The notes under the pieces were generated by a model. The model made no database searches. It worked only from the letters and a program-made list of their open reading frames with translations, and was not told the DNA's origin. DNA of 64,000 nucleotides from positions 27,930 through 91,929 of the forward strand of contig JADFYH010000001.1 of NCBI GenBank assembly GCA_015233135.1, written 5' to 3'. Origin of the DNA: Deltaproteobacteria bacterium (GTDB lineage: Bacteria > UBA10199 > JADFYH01). The position numbers were made by a program, and so were the translations under genes. How positions within the stretch are numbered: the first letter of the stretch is position 1; each line of letters opens with the position of its first letter. Of this stretch, positions 46,888 to 56,698 are shown piece after piece.

Positions 46888-48407
46888 CAGGTGTCTCCGA
46901 TTTTAAGTTTGGTATCTTTAAAATAAACTGCAGAAATCCATAAAATCCATATAGAGATAAGCGATACACACAAAAACTTTATTTTTTCTGGATTTGGTAA
47001 TTTCTTTGAATATTTATCATTTAACTCACCTGAAGATTCAGTAGATAAAAAAATCATCCTAGACAAACCGGTCATCGGAAAAATTTGTTTTGAAAGAACA
47101 TTTATCTGTTCATTATTTAATCTTATTCTAAAAATCTGATTACCATTAATTTTAGTTAATAATACTCCCCACGCAAAGAATGGAGGATAAAATTGAGGCT
47201 GCCAGTATGGCAAGGTATTATAATTAACGGTAGATGGAGTTACTTGAGAGGGAGGTAAAAGATAGTTTGATACAATAAGATTGTGCCTATAATTTATTGT
47301 AGGAAAAAATAATATGATTAAAAACAACATTGCACAAATAAATCTTTTTTTATTTTTTTGATACAGAATAAACAAACAATCTGAAATTTCTGGAATCAAT
47401 GATAGTAGGAATGGAAAAATAAGCCTGTTACCCGCTATCCCATTTGCCCCATGCCAAAATGGGAAAAAACCAAAAAACATAAAAAGAAAAATAATAGCGG
47501 TATATTTATAAATAGCTTTTTTAAATATGGATCTAAACATAATTGGGAGAGCTATCAAAGGAAAAGTCCACAGAATTCCATAAGAAAAACTAAATAAGGC
47601 TTTAAATAAATTACTTATCGCAGTAACAAACATTATATTTCCAGAGTTTTCCATCTGATCTGTGTAAAATTCCAAATGTCCAAAATTGACAGAATGTTTA
47701 AAATAAAACCACATACTTAATAGAGAAAGAAAAACTGTAAAATACTTAGATATAAAACTTTTTCGAACAGATGGGGGCATTTTAATTATGAGTTCTGTTA
47801 GAGTAATTAAACAAAAAATAATGGAGTATGTCTTGATAGAAACCATTAAAAAATCTAGGACAGCAATGCTAAATGGATCAAATTTAGACAAAAGATTAAA
47901 TGAACTATCGGTATAAAATAATCGAATTACTAGCAACAAACAGAGAGTATTTTCTATAAAACCACCTGTCAAAAAACTTATACCATAGCTCCCTACCCAA
48001 ATTAATAATAGAACCGACAGTGATACAGAAATACTTTTACTTCTTTGAAAAAGATAATTAAAAGAAATCACTAAAGCAAAAAAAATAACCCCCACCTGCA
48101 AATAACTCATAGCCCACTCTCGAACCATATCGTTCTTCAAGAAAGGGATAGCCTTGCTAATCACATCTAGTATATACGAATAACCACTCTGCATAAAAAA
48201 CCAAAATAAACGATGTGTAAACCATCCATCTAGTGAAGAATTGAGAGTGAAATTTGACCAAGAATAATTATATATTTTAAATTGTTGAACTGAAAGACAG
48301 ACAGCACCTTCATCTCCTCCACATTTTCCACGACTCACTGCAATAGAAGTTAGAACACATAAAAAGATAAATATATAATAATTTATATTTCTAGTTTTGG
48401 AGGACAT
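46887..48407 (-). CDS. GT-C-type polytopic membrane glycosyltransferase (ArnT/GtrC-like)
   Basis: 506 aa, many TM helices, immediately downstream of the GtrB-like GT2 (start/stop overlap). Confidence 0.45.
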   Translation of the reverse strand: MSSKTRNINYYIFIFLCVLTSIAVSRGKCGGDEGAVCLSVQQFKIYNYSWSNFTLNSSLDGWFTHRLFWFFMQSGYSYILDVISKAIPFLKNDMVREWAMSYLQVGVIFFALVISFNYLFQRSKSISVSLSVLLLIWVGSYGISFLTGGFIENTLCLLLVIRLFYTDSSFNLLSKFDPFSIAVLDFLMVSIKTYSIIFCLITLTELIIKMPPSVRKSFISKYFTVFLSLLSMWFYFKHSVNFGHLEFYTDQMENSGNIMFVTAISNLFKALFSFSYGILWTFPLIALPIMFRSIFKKAIYKYTAIIFLFMFFGFFPFWHGANGIAGNRLIFPFLLSLIPEISDCLFILYQKNKKRFICAMLFLIILFFPTINYRHNLIVSNYLLPPSQVTPSTVNYNTLPYWQPQFYPPFFAWGVLLTKINGNQIFRIRLNNEQINVLSKQIFPMTGLSRMIFLSTESSGELNDKYSKKLPNPEKIKFLCVSLISIWILWISAVYFKDTKLKIGDT

Positions 48408-48437
48408 ATCATTAAGATGTTTGAATTATTAATAGGA

Positions 48438-48779
48438 TTACTCTAATTGGGCCTTCCAATTTTTAGAAAAAAACAAAGCCTTATCATCAATCATAATATC
48501 GCATCGAGGTTTTCCCATATATAATTCATGAAATTTAACACCCCAAGCTTTTAATTGATTTAAAGTTAAACTATACCCCTCTTTATACACCTTTATAATA
48601 TCATTATTATTTCTACCCATAAATCGCGATGTATAGAAATTTATTTTATGACCTTTCTCATAAAGTTTATTGATTAACTCAATAGCGTCTTTAAAAGGAG
48701 TCAAATTTTCGTAATCCCCCTCACATTGAGAACATATTGTGCCATCAATATCAAATAGGAATGTCTTTAACTGAGCCAT
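48438..48779 (-). CDS. HAD-superfamily phosphatase (small, GmhB-like context)
   Basis: Motif I FLFDIDGTI; 113 aa. Confidence 0.55.
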   Translation of the reverse strand: MAQLKTFLFDIDGTICSQCEGDYENLTPFKDAIELINKLYEKGHKINFYTSRFMGRNNNDIIKVYKEGYSLTLNQLKAWGVKFHELYMGKPRCDIMIDDKALFFSKNWKAQLE

Positions 48780-49435
48780 GATTGAAAATCAGAAATAAAT
48801 TGGTTTACCGAGGCGGTTGTTTGGGGATGTGCACACATTTTAGAAACAATTTTGTAACCGGCCGTAACTATGTGCGCGCCTTTATTCCAAGAACTTACGA
48901 TATCTTCTTCCCTTCGTATACTTCCCACAATGATTTCACAATTTAATTTAGATTGATTTAAAAAAGTTGCCACCTTTTCTATCACATTCAAAGGGTACCC
49001 ACTTACATCGAGCAGACGATTATAAAACAAAGATACATATTTTGCTCCCGCCAATGCAGCCAGCATCATTTGAGATTCCGAGAAGCAACAAGTGCAATTT
49101 ACTGGAATCCCTTTTTTTGATAGCTCTGATATTACTTCAAGTTCATCCCAGCCAATAGGAACTTTGATAGCAATATTTTTGTAGTCCAGCTTTTCATAAA
49201 ATTCTAACCCTTGTGATATCATTTCAGAAGGCTTGGTAGCAAACACTTCAACACTAATAGGTAAACCATCATTATATTTTTTTGTGAGAGAGATTATTTT
49301 TTTAATATGCCCTAAAAAATCAGACTTAGGTTCTTTTGAAATAATAGATGGATTAGTTGTAATACCCGACACGATCCCTTTTTTTAAAGAATCCTCAATT
49401 TCACTAAGATTTGCTGTATCGATAAATAATTTCAT
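48767..49435 (-). CDS. Fructose-6-phosphate aldolase / transaldolase (TalC/Fsa family)
   Basis: MKLFIDTANLSEI...GITTNPSI, the hallmark N-terminus of the Fsa/TalC subfamily. Confidence 0.8.
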   Translation of the reverse strand: MKLFIDTANLSEIEDSLKKGIVSGITTNPSIISKEPKSDFLGHIKKIISLTKKYNDGLPISVEVFATKPSEMISQGLEFYEKLDYKNIAIKVPIGWDELEVISELSKKGIPVNCTCCFSESQMMLAALAGAKYVSLFYNRLLDVSGYPLNVIEKVATFLNQSKLNCEIIVGSIRREEDIVSSWNKGAHIVTAGYKIVSKMCAHPQTTASVNQFISDFQSWLS

Positions 49436-49447
49436 AGGTTACCTTTC

Positions 49448-50290
49448 TTAAGAATCTACATGTTGATAAGTATTACCATCTTCTACAAGATGAGAATCTT
49501 TGTCGTCATCTTTTGTAGAAACTTCTATAATGACTGAATCTTCTAAACCCATTCTACAATGCATTAAACCGACAGGTATCACAAAGGCATCACCAGGATT
49601 CAAGATAAGAGATTTATTCTCAGCCCTTCCTACTCTGACACCCACCTTCACCAAACCAGACTGTAAAAAATAAGCCTCTTTTTTCTTACAATGAAATTCC
49701 ATACTGCCCCGACTGCCCGCCTTTAGAACTATTCGTTTAGCTGCATAATCATCGCTTAAAATACTCTCTATAGAGCCCCAATACTTTTCTCTATAATCAA
49801 AAGTATGTTTAATATTAACTTCGGTTTTTTTTTCAGAAAAATCTTCTACTTGAAGTTTTACAGAAGAAGGCGCTGGTTCAAGACAATAAACATCTTCTTT
49901 ACTTGCTGAATCTCCAAAAAAATAAACTACACTTTTTTCAAAAGAATAAAGACTATGGGCAATCATCTTTGGTATCTGAAATACATCTCCTTTCTTGAGA
50001 AGATGCCACTTGGTATTTCCATCTTTTTCTATAATTTTTAAAACTACCAAACCTTCTTCTACAAAAATAGCCCCGTTTACACTTCTGTATAATTTTAATT
50101 GAGTAGATTTATGTGGAATTAAGTTTAATTGTCTCAAGCAAAACTCTGACTCAGACACAATATCCAATTCATAACCAGAGGGCGTTAATTGCTTAGAGGC
50201 TGTCAACACTCTATTAATTGAATCAAAACTTAATCCATATTCAGACATTGGATTGGCCATAATATTTTGATTTTCCATGCTTTCTTTCAA
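49448..50290 (-). CDS. Bicupin protein (putative sugar isomerase/epimerase)
   Basis: Two cupin-like beta-barrel motifs (G..H...H and PxG..H patterns); AT-rich island. Confidence 0.35.
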   Translation of the reverse strand: MKESMENQNIMANPMSEYGLSFDSINRVLTASKQLTPSGYELDIVSESEFCLRQLNLIPHKSTQLKLYRSVNGAIFVEEGLVVLKIIEKDGNTKWHLLKKGDVFQIPKMIAHSLYSFEKSVVYFFGDSASKEDVYCLEPAPSSVKLQVEDFSEKKTEVNIKHTFDYREKYWGSIESILSDDYAAKRIVLKAGSRGSMEFHCKKKEAYFLQSGLVKVGVRVGRAENKSLILNPGDAFVIPVGLMHCRMGLEDSVIIEVSTKDDDKDSHLVEDGNTYQHVDS

Positions 50291-50933
50291 AGTGTTTTAT
50301 AAACAGTTGAGAATTGGGCTTACTTTCGCCCTTACTTAGTAACAGCGTCTTAAATGCCAAACGAGCTACTTGCTCTACTATATACGAGTTTTCATAAGCT
50401 TGTTGTATATTCTTTCCCCAAGCAAATACCCCATGACTTTCAATGAGGGCAGCAGGGATTTCAAGCATATTTACTTTTTTTTCCTGAAAATAAGCTATAA
50501 TTCTCTGACCAATACTTACCTCATAATTTTCATTAATCTCATTATCAGTAAAATTTCCAATCACTGGAACATCACTTTTAAAATAATCCGCATGAGTTGT
50601 ACCTAAAATTGGAATAGGCATTTTCGCCTGAGCAAATGCAGTAGCATAAGGCGAATGAGTATGAATAACGGCTCCAATTTCATTGGAACCTTTATACAAC
50701 TCCAAATGAGTGGGTGTATCCACAGAAGGCTTATACTGACCAACAAAACCACCTTCCAAATTTACTTTTACAATTTTTTCTGGAGTAAGATCTTTAAAAG
50801 ATACACCAGAGGGCTTAATGTAGATATGTTTTCTATCTGGTTCAATTGCGCTTGCATTTCCCCAAGTTAAAACAACTAAACCGGATTGAATAAGCTCTTG
50901 GTTAATTCTTACAACTTCATTTATAATAGACAT
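50241..50933 (-). CDS. Class II aldolase/adducin-family protein (fuculose-1-P aldolase / ribulose-5-P 4-epimerase-like)
   Basis: GAVIHTHSPYATAFA metal-binding His motif. Confidence 0.75.
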   Translation of the reverse strand: MSIINEVVRINQELIQSGLVVLTWGNASAIEPDRKHIYIKPSGVSFKDLTPEKIVKVNLEGGFVGQYKPSVDTPTHLELYKGSNEIGAVIHTHSPYATAFAQAKMPIPILGTTHADYFKSDVPVIGNFTDNEINENYEVSIGQRIIAYFQEKKVNMLEIPAALIESHGVFAWGKNIQQAYENSYIVEQVARLAFKTLLLSKGESKPNSQLFIKHFERKHGKSKYYGQSNV

Positions 50934-50943
50934 AGAAAAATCA

Positions 50944-51924
50944 TTATTTAAGATTTGAAATATACTCGTTTAATTCAGATTTTAAAGGAGGCTTAGTTCC
51001 TTTTTTAGTTACTGACAAACCCGCCCAACAATTAGCTAAAAAAAGCGACTCTTCAGGATACGATAAAGGATTACTCAAAGAAAACGATGCAAGGAATGAA
51101 TCTCCAGCGCTACAAGGATCAACCTCTTCAACCTTTATGGAAGAGACAAAGAATGTTTCTCGATTTTTTTCTTTTAAGAACGCACCTTGATTACCCAACG
51201 TAAGACAAATACTAGAGTTTAGTAACGCACTCAGCTTAGTTAAATCTTGTTGTGGATTAAAATTCTGCAAAACTTGATTAGCCTCTTTTAAATTTAAACA
51301 AATATAATCCGAACCGGCATAGTTCAAGTGGTTAGATTCCCGTTGAGACACTTGAGAGCTTGCGAATACAGGTACTTTAAACTTAAAAGACAAATCATTA
51401 ATACTCTTTGCAAGAAAATTACTTATCATTCCATGACGATAATCCACCAGAAGCAACAAATCGAAACTTGAAATGTTTTTTTCTATATAAGCTATAATTT
51501 CTTTTTCAACTTGAGATTCAATTTCAGTATTATCAATTTGATCAAACTGCAAAAGCTTATAACCATCTACCCAAAATCTTTTTTTAACTGTCGTACATTT
51601 ATTTGCAATTTTAATTTTATGGAAATTTAATTTAGGATGAGACCACTCGTCATAATATTTACCAGCAAGATCTTCACCTATAACAGACACAAACGTTACC
51701 TGAGCACCCAGCTCCAGAAGATTTGTCACCACACAACTAGCGCCACCAAAGGAACACTCAGTTTTTTCTTCTCGAGCAACAATAGTAGGCGTTTCAGCAG
51801 ATTTACCGATAGCATGACCATATACATATATATCTAGTATAGAATCGCCTATTACTAAAACTTTTTTATTACCAAATTCTTTGACTATTTGAGACAAAAT
51901 ATTTTTATTTATAACTTTTCCCAT
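50944..51924 (-). CDS. PfkB-family sugar kinase resembling HldE domain I (heptose 7-phosphate kinase)
   Basis: VLVIGDSILDIYVYG, SFGGASCV, DPCSAGDSFLA, ANCWAGLSVTKKGT. Confidence 0.7.
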   Translation of the reverse strand: MGKVINKNILSQIVKEFGNKKVLVIGDSILDIYVYGHAIGKSAETPTIVAREEKTECSFGGASCVVTNLLELGAQVTFVSVIGEDLAGKYYDEWSHPKLNFHKIKIANKCTTVKKRFWVDGYKLLQFDQIDNTEIESQVEKEIIAYIEKNISSFDLLLLVDYRHGMISNFLAKSINDLSFKFKVPVFASSQVSQRESNHLNYAGSDYICLNLKEANQVLQNFNPQQDLTKLSALLNSSICLTLGNQGAFLKEKNRETFFVSSIKVEEVDPCSAGDSFLASFSLSNPLSYPEESLFLANCWAGLSVTKKGTKPPLKSELNEYISNLK

Positions 51925-52799
51925 GTCTCTTTTTCTTTAATTTTTTTCAGAGTCTGAGTAGTAGAATATCCCTCAATAAAAGGGAAAATTTTTACTTCAA
52001 CCTGTTCGGGAATCGCATCTCTTATTTTCACTTCCTGAGCAGTCCACTCTCCACCTTTTACCACTACATCAGGCAATATTTGTTCGATAATATTTTTTGT
52101 TTTAACATCATCAAAAATAATAACCTCATCTACTTCTTGAATAGACTCCAGAAGCTTTTTTCTATCTCCTTCAGAATTAATAGGTCGACTTGGTCCCTTC
52201 AACTCCTTCACTGCTCTATCGGAATTTATACCCACAATTAATTTTGACCCTAAGCTTTTTGCAAATTTTATTAGCTCTATATGTCCCGTATGAAGAACGT
52301 CAAACACACCATTGGTAAATACAATTTTACCAGGTCTGTGATAACTTATTCTCTCTACCCTTTTTACATGGCGACCTTCACCAAAGGGTGTATCTAACCA
52401 CATATCCACAATCTGAGTTGTAACTTCCAGCGAAGTAATCCAAGCACCTAGACACAACACATTCGAATCATTATGTTCTCTACACTTGGGAGCACTTTCC
52501 AAATTATGGATGAGAGCAGCTCTTACATTAGGGAAACGATTTGCCATTATACTCATCCCAACCCCGGTACCACAAACAAGTATCCCTTTACTCACATCCC
52601 TTTTATTGACAATTTGACCAAGTTGACTGGCGTAATCCGTATAATCTACTTTTTTATTAATGTCGTAAGGACCTAAATCGATGCAATTGTATGATTTTTC
52701 TTTAAGATAAGAATGGATTATTTTTTTTAGCTCAATACCATTATGGTCTGAGGCGATAACAATATTTTTTTCTTCATTGCTCATCAAAAACTCCGACAA
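51909..52799 (-). CDS. Fusion of RpiB/LacAB-family sugar-phosphate isomerase and HldE domain II-like nucleotidyltransferase
   Basis: N-terminus IVIASDHNGIELKK...CGTGVGMSIMANR (RpiB fold); C-terminus FTNGVFDVLHTGHIELIKFAKSLGSKLIVGINSDRAVKELKGPSRPI...VVKGGEW (cytidylyltransferase-like, close to HldE adenylyltransferase). Confidence 0.75.
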   Translation of the reverse strand: MSEFLMSNEEKNIVIASDHNGIELKKIIHSYLKEKSYNCIDLGPYDINKKVDYTDYASQLGQIVNKRDVSKGILVCGTGVGMSIMANRFPNVRAALIHNLESAPKCREHNDSNVLCLGAWITSLEVTTQIVDMWLDTPFGEGRHVKRVERISYHRPGKIVFTNGVFDVLHTGHIELIKFAKSLGSKLIVGINSDRAVKELKGPSRPINSEGDRKKLLESIQEVDEVIIFDDVKTKNIIEQILPDVVVKGGEWTAQEVKIRDAIPEQVEVKIFPFIEGYSTTQTLKKIKEKETWEKL

Positions 52800-52880
52800 T
52801 TGAGAAGGCTTTTTCAGGTATAAAATCTTTTAGGGCCTGTACCTAGTTTACCAACTAGGATCAAGCATAAAAATTGCCCA

Positions 52881-54086
52881 TTAAAGCAGATTTAAAGAAG
52901 CTTCATAGACCTTATAAACATCAATATTTTGAACACATTCCATCTCAAGACATCCTTTACTTAGATAGCAAGGGCTGCAAGGTGTAGGATAAGAAATGAA
53001 CATATTTTTATCGGAAGGGGGTCTCCATTGAAAAACATTAGTAATACCATGACCAATAATCACACATGGCTTATCAAAAGCCGAAGCTATATGGGCTATT
53101 ACAGAATCAGCACAAATCACAAGGTCTGCAAGATAAACCGCTGAAACAAACTCTTGCCAATTGAATTGATTGCACAGGTTTAAACAATTAGAAAAACCCT
53201 CAATTGCTTTCTGAATATTGATATTTTCTCTCGCTCCAGCCCCTGTAAAAAGAATGGTATATTTCTGATCTTTAAAAAGATTTATCAACTGACTCCATTT
53301 TGTCAGTGGCCACTCTTTAATACTTGCACCAGAACCAATATGAAAAACTATATAGGCATTTGCCTCAAATCCACATACCTTTAGTTTTTTTAACAAATAA
53401 TTTAAATCTTCATAGCTTACTTTTAGAGAAGGCCTTAATTTTTCAACATCCAGTTTTTTTGAAAAAGTGAATTCTAATAAATCAATATGATATTGTGCGA
53501 CAGGCTGATTTTTTTCTTTCCAGTCGAGGGAGTGAGTAAGAAGGTTTTTAAATCCTCCACTCGAGTATCCTGTGCGAATAGGAATATTTGCTTTCCAAAT
53601 TAGAGGGATTGAATTTGGGAAATAATAATACAGATCAATTGCGACATCATAATGAATTGACCGAATTTCACTCAGAGCTTTTTTACGACTAAAATAATAT
53701 TGTTTTATTTTTTCAAATAAATTCTTTGAGGATCGATTTAGCTTCCAATGATCAAAAGTATGAATCCAATCGACTTGAGGATTATGCTCGATTATTTGTT
53801 TAGCCCAGCTTCCTACTAGAAAACCTATCTTTGCATTAGGATAGTTTTTTTTAATTATTGGAATAATAGAAGTGGCAATAACAACATCACCAAGATGAGA
53901 AATATTACAGATAAGAGCAGCGTTAAAATAATTTAACCTTGGGCTTTGCTTTGACTTTTTTAGGATTTTAATTTTAAAAAGATAATTAGTAAAAATAAGG
54001 AGGAAATAAAGAATACGGTTTCTTACTAAAAACTTCCCACTTAAAGGAGATGTTTTTCGACTACCTATCATTTCTTTACCACACAA
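52881..54086 (-). CDS. Glycosyltransferase family 9 (LPS heptosyltransferase-like)
   Basis: NISHLGDVVIATSIIP...FHIGSGASIKEWPL...LADLVICADSVIAHIASAFDKP typical GT9 layout. Confidence 0.7.
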   Translation of the reverse strand: MCGKEMIGSRKTSPLSGKFLVRNRILYFLLIFTNYLFKIKILKKSKQSPRLNYFNAALICNISHLGDVVIATSIIPIIKKNYPNAKIGFLVGSWAKQIIEHNPQVDWIHTFDHWKLNRSSKNLFEKIKQYYFSRKKALSEIRSIHYDVAIDLYYYFPNSIPLIWKANIPIRTGYSSGGFKNLLTHSLDWKEKNQPVAQYHIDLLEFTFSKKLDVEKLRPSLKVSYEDLNYLLKKLKVCGFEANAYIVFHIGSGASIKEWPLTKWSQLINLFKDQKYTILFTGAGARENINIQKAIEGFSNCLNLCNQFNWQEFVSAVYLADLVICADSVIAHIASAFDKPCVIIGHGITNVFQWRPPSDKNMFISYPTPCSPCYLSKGCLEMECVQNIDVYKVYEASLNLL

Positions 54087-54814
54087 AGTAAATTAGCTGA
54101 GTATATCCCCCCCATACTATCTCCGTTGGCAATCAACATATAGGCTTTAATGCACGGCTTAACCAAAAAATTCCACAACAGTCTTCTTATCATACTGATT
54201 GGTCCATGAACATATGGGGGCAACTCAAAAAATGAAAAATTGGGACTAAATCCTGATAACAACAAACTTTGTCTTAAACTAGACAGTGTATACGCACGCT
54301 TATGGGTAATATCACCATAGGTATGTACTGATATAGGACATATAGCATTCGGAACCTGTATCAGCAGCACTCCTCCGGTTTTCAACGCTACAAAACAAGC
54401 ACGTAATAGATTTATTGAATCCTCCAGATCTATATGTTCGAGAATATCACAAGCAATAATTGTATCGTAAACAGACGTTTTATCTTCTAAAAATGAAAAA
54501 GCATCCGCTAAAAAAATATCGTCCAATCCTAACTTCTCCTTAGCATATACAACTTGCTCTTCACTTATATCTATACCTAACAATTCGGTAAACCCATTTT
54601 CCTTTAATGCCTTTAAATACCTCCCGTATCCACAGCCTATCTCTATAATTTTGGATTTCTTATCATGAGGCAAATGAGGTAGAAGAAACTTTTCAAAATA
54701 TCCCCGACTCCACTCAGTTAACGACTCTTCATTAGTATCAACCAACATTGCAGTCGAAGTATACTTTTTGAAAAATCTCTCATTATCAATTATTTTAGAT
54801 GTATTTTGGATCAT
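54068..54814 (-). CDS. Class I SAM-dependent methyltransferase
   Basis: IIEIGCGYGRYL motif I, DTIIACDILEH motif. Confidence 0.7.
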   Translation of the reverse strand: MIQNTSKIIDNERFFKKYTSTAMLVDTNEESLTEWSRGYFEKFLLPHLPHDKKSKIIEIGCGYGRYLKALKENGFTELLGIDISEEQVVYAKEKLGLDDIFLADAFSFLEDKTSVYDTIIACDILEHIDLEDSINLLRACFVALKTGGVLLIQVPNAICPISVHTYGDITHKRAYTLSSLRQSLLLSGFSPNFSFFELPPYVHGPISMIRRLLWNFLVKPCIKAYMLIANGDSMGGIYSANLLCVVKK

Positions 54815-54815
54815 A

Positions 54816-55799
54816 TTATTTAATCTTCACAACACGAGATTTAATAAACTTATAAATAAAGCTTATTGGAGCCTTTGGGATTAATAATAAAGGCACGCAA
54901 ACTCCCCAAAAAATAAAATATTTTTTATAATAAGGAAACATAAGTACAAATAATCCATTAGTGCTCTTGTTATCTCTTATTTTTACGAGAATATCGTGAA
55001 CAACAAACTCTTTAATAATTCTACATTGAGCTTTATTAACTGCTTTTAAGGTATATCCTATATATTTAAGCTTATTTAGAATCAGCGACATTCCTATTAC
55101 ATTGTATTTATACCAATCGTACCCCCCTGAGTTGTTCCCTCTATTGCAAACCACAGGAATAGGATTATAAATCACATTACATTTTGGAAAGAGACCATAG
55201 TAAGCCGCATAAACCTGTGGATATCCATAGTCCAGAAAAAAATCGTACTCTTTATCTGGGCGCTTAATAAAACAAGACTTTTTAAAAACAAGTGAAGACA
55301 CATAACCTAAATGTATACCAAATTTTGATAAAATATCGTTAGGATTGCTGAACGTTTCCTCAGATTGTATCCTAAAAAAAAAATTCTTTATTAATTTCGA
55401 AAAATCTTTTGACCAAACAGAATAGTTATTTATCACTAGATCATAATTGAGTTTTATATATTGCATAATTATGCCAATGGCGTTTTTGGTAACTTTATCA
55501 TCATCCCCTAAAATCCAAATATATTTACCTGCAACTCTTTTTGTTAGAGAGCGTACATTTCTTTCGGCACCTATATTTTCTTCATTCCTGTAGTAAGTAA
55601 TGAAAGGAAATGAAATTAAATAAGCCCTTACCATTTTATCTGTTCCATCCATACTAGCATTATCGGAAATAATGATTTCTATTTCCGATTCAAAGTCTTT
55701 TATAGATTCTATTACACTATCTAAACATTCCCTTAACATAAATGCTCTATTGTAGGTAGGGATACATATAGACAACAAAATTTCTGGATTAGAGTTCAT
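54816..55799 (-). CDS. Glycosyltransferase family 2
   Basis: LSICIPTYNRAFML, DNASMDGT, DDD. Confidence 0.75.
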   Translation of the reverse strand: MNSNPEILLSICIPTYNRAFMLRECLDSVIESIKDFESEIEIIISDNASMDGTDKMVRAYLISFPFITYYRNEENIGAERNVRSLTKRVAGKYIWILGDDDKVTKNAIGIIMQYIKLNYDLVINNYSVWSKDFSKLIKNFFFRIQSEETFSNPNDILSKFGIHLGYVSSLVFKKSCFIKRPDKEYDFFLDYGYPQVYAAYYGLFPKCNVIYNPIPVVCNRGNNSGGYDWYKYNVIGMSLILNKLKYIGYTLKAVNKAQCRIIKEFVVHDILVKIRDNKSTNGLFVLMFPYYKKYFIFWGVCVPLLLIPKAPISFIYKFIKSRVVKIK

Positions 55800-55814
55800 T
55801 TATTTTAAATAAAA

Positions 55815-56690
55815 TTACATAACCTCGCGTTTTTTCAAACCCCAAGGCTTGTTTATTTTAGGTGATAGAAATGGAAATACATTTTTCAATGCTAATTTTA
55901 AAAATTTAGGAGTGCTACTCTTCATTTTTTTTAATATACGCCCTTTTGCTGAACTTTGAATCTCTCCTGTAAATGCTGTTGTGTAGAATTTTTGTGTAGG
56001 TATTTTATCAGAAGAGGAGTCTGTAATTTTCTCGGCAACAAAAAAAGTCCCCAGAGAGTTATTAGAAGCTATTACTGTATAGTATTCCCAGGGCATTTCA
56101 TAAAAAGTCCATTTTGTATCTGGATCGTATTTACTATGCTCAAATAATAATGCCTGCATATTTATAAACTTATTTTCGCCATAAAAATCATAAAACAAAG
56201 TTGGGCTAAATTGATAAAAACCATGCTGAACCATGTTGTTAGTAGGTGAAAAATGTAACACTCTACCACCATTCTTTAACATCAAACTTATACTTTTAAA
56301 TACTTCTCTAATATTAAAAACATGCTCCGAAGTACCTCCATCAATTATTAAATCAAACTTATTATATAAGTTAGGCGGAACAGGAAAATTCAAATCTTGA
56401 ATCAACTCTGCACCTTCCATATCACTCACATCCATAGACATTACGTTTTTTACCCCTAATAAATCAAAAAAATACCTCTCATCAAGCTGAGCAGTTTCAC
56501 AGCCTATAGGCTTTCTGAATAAAATTGAATTATCACCAAAAATAGGACTTAAAGACTCTTTTTGAAAAGCTTTCAACACTTCAGAAGTTGAAACATATAT
56601 ATTTTGCCTACCTAATGTAAGCACACTCTCAAAAGGTCTCTTTTTATACTCTCGTAATATCATTCTTAAACTAGGATATAACAACCCCAT
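55815..56690 (-). CDS. Hypothetical protein (possible methyltransferase-like fold)
   Basis: 291-aa ORF in an operon with GT genes; no firm motif. Confidence 0.3.
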   Translation of the reverse strand: MGLLYPSLRMILREYKKRPFESVLTLGRQNIYVSTSEVLKAFQKESLSPIFGDNSILFRKPIGCETAQLDERYFFDLLGVKNVMSMDVSDMEGAELIQDLNFPVPPNLYNKFDLIIDGGTSEHVFNIREVFKSISLMLKNGGRVLHFSPTNNMVQHGFYQFSPTLFYDFYGENKFINMQALLFEHSKYDPDTKWTFYEMPWEYYTVIASNNSLGTFFVAEKITDSSSDKIPTQKFYTTAFTGEIQSSAKGRILKKMKSSTPKFLKLALKNVFPFLSPKINKPWGLKKREVM

Positions 56691-56698
56691 AACCCCTC

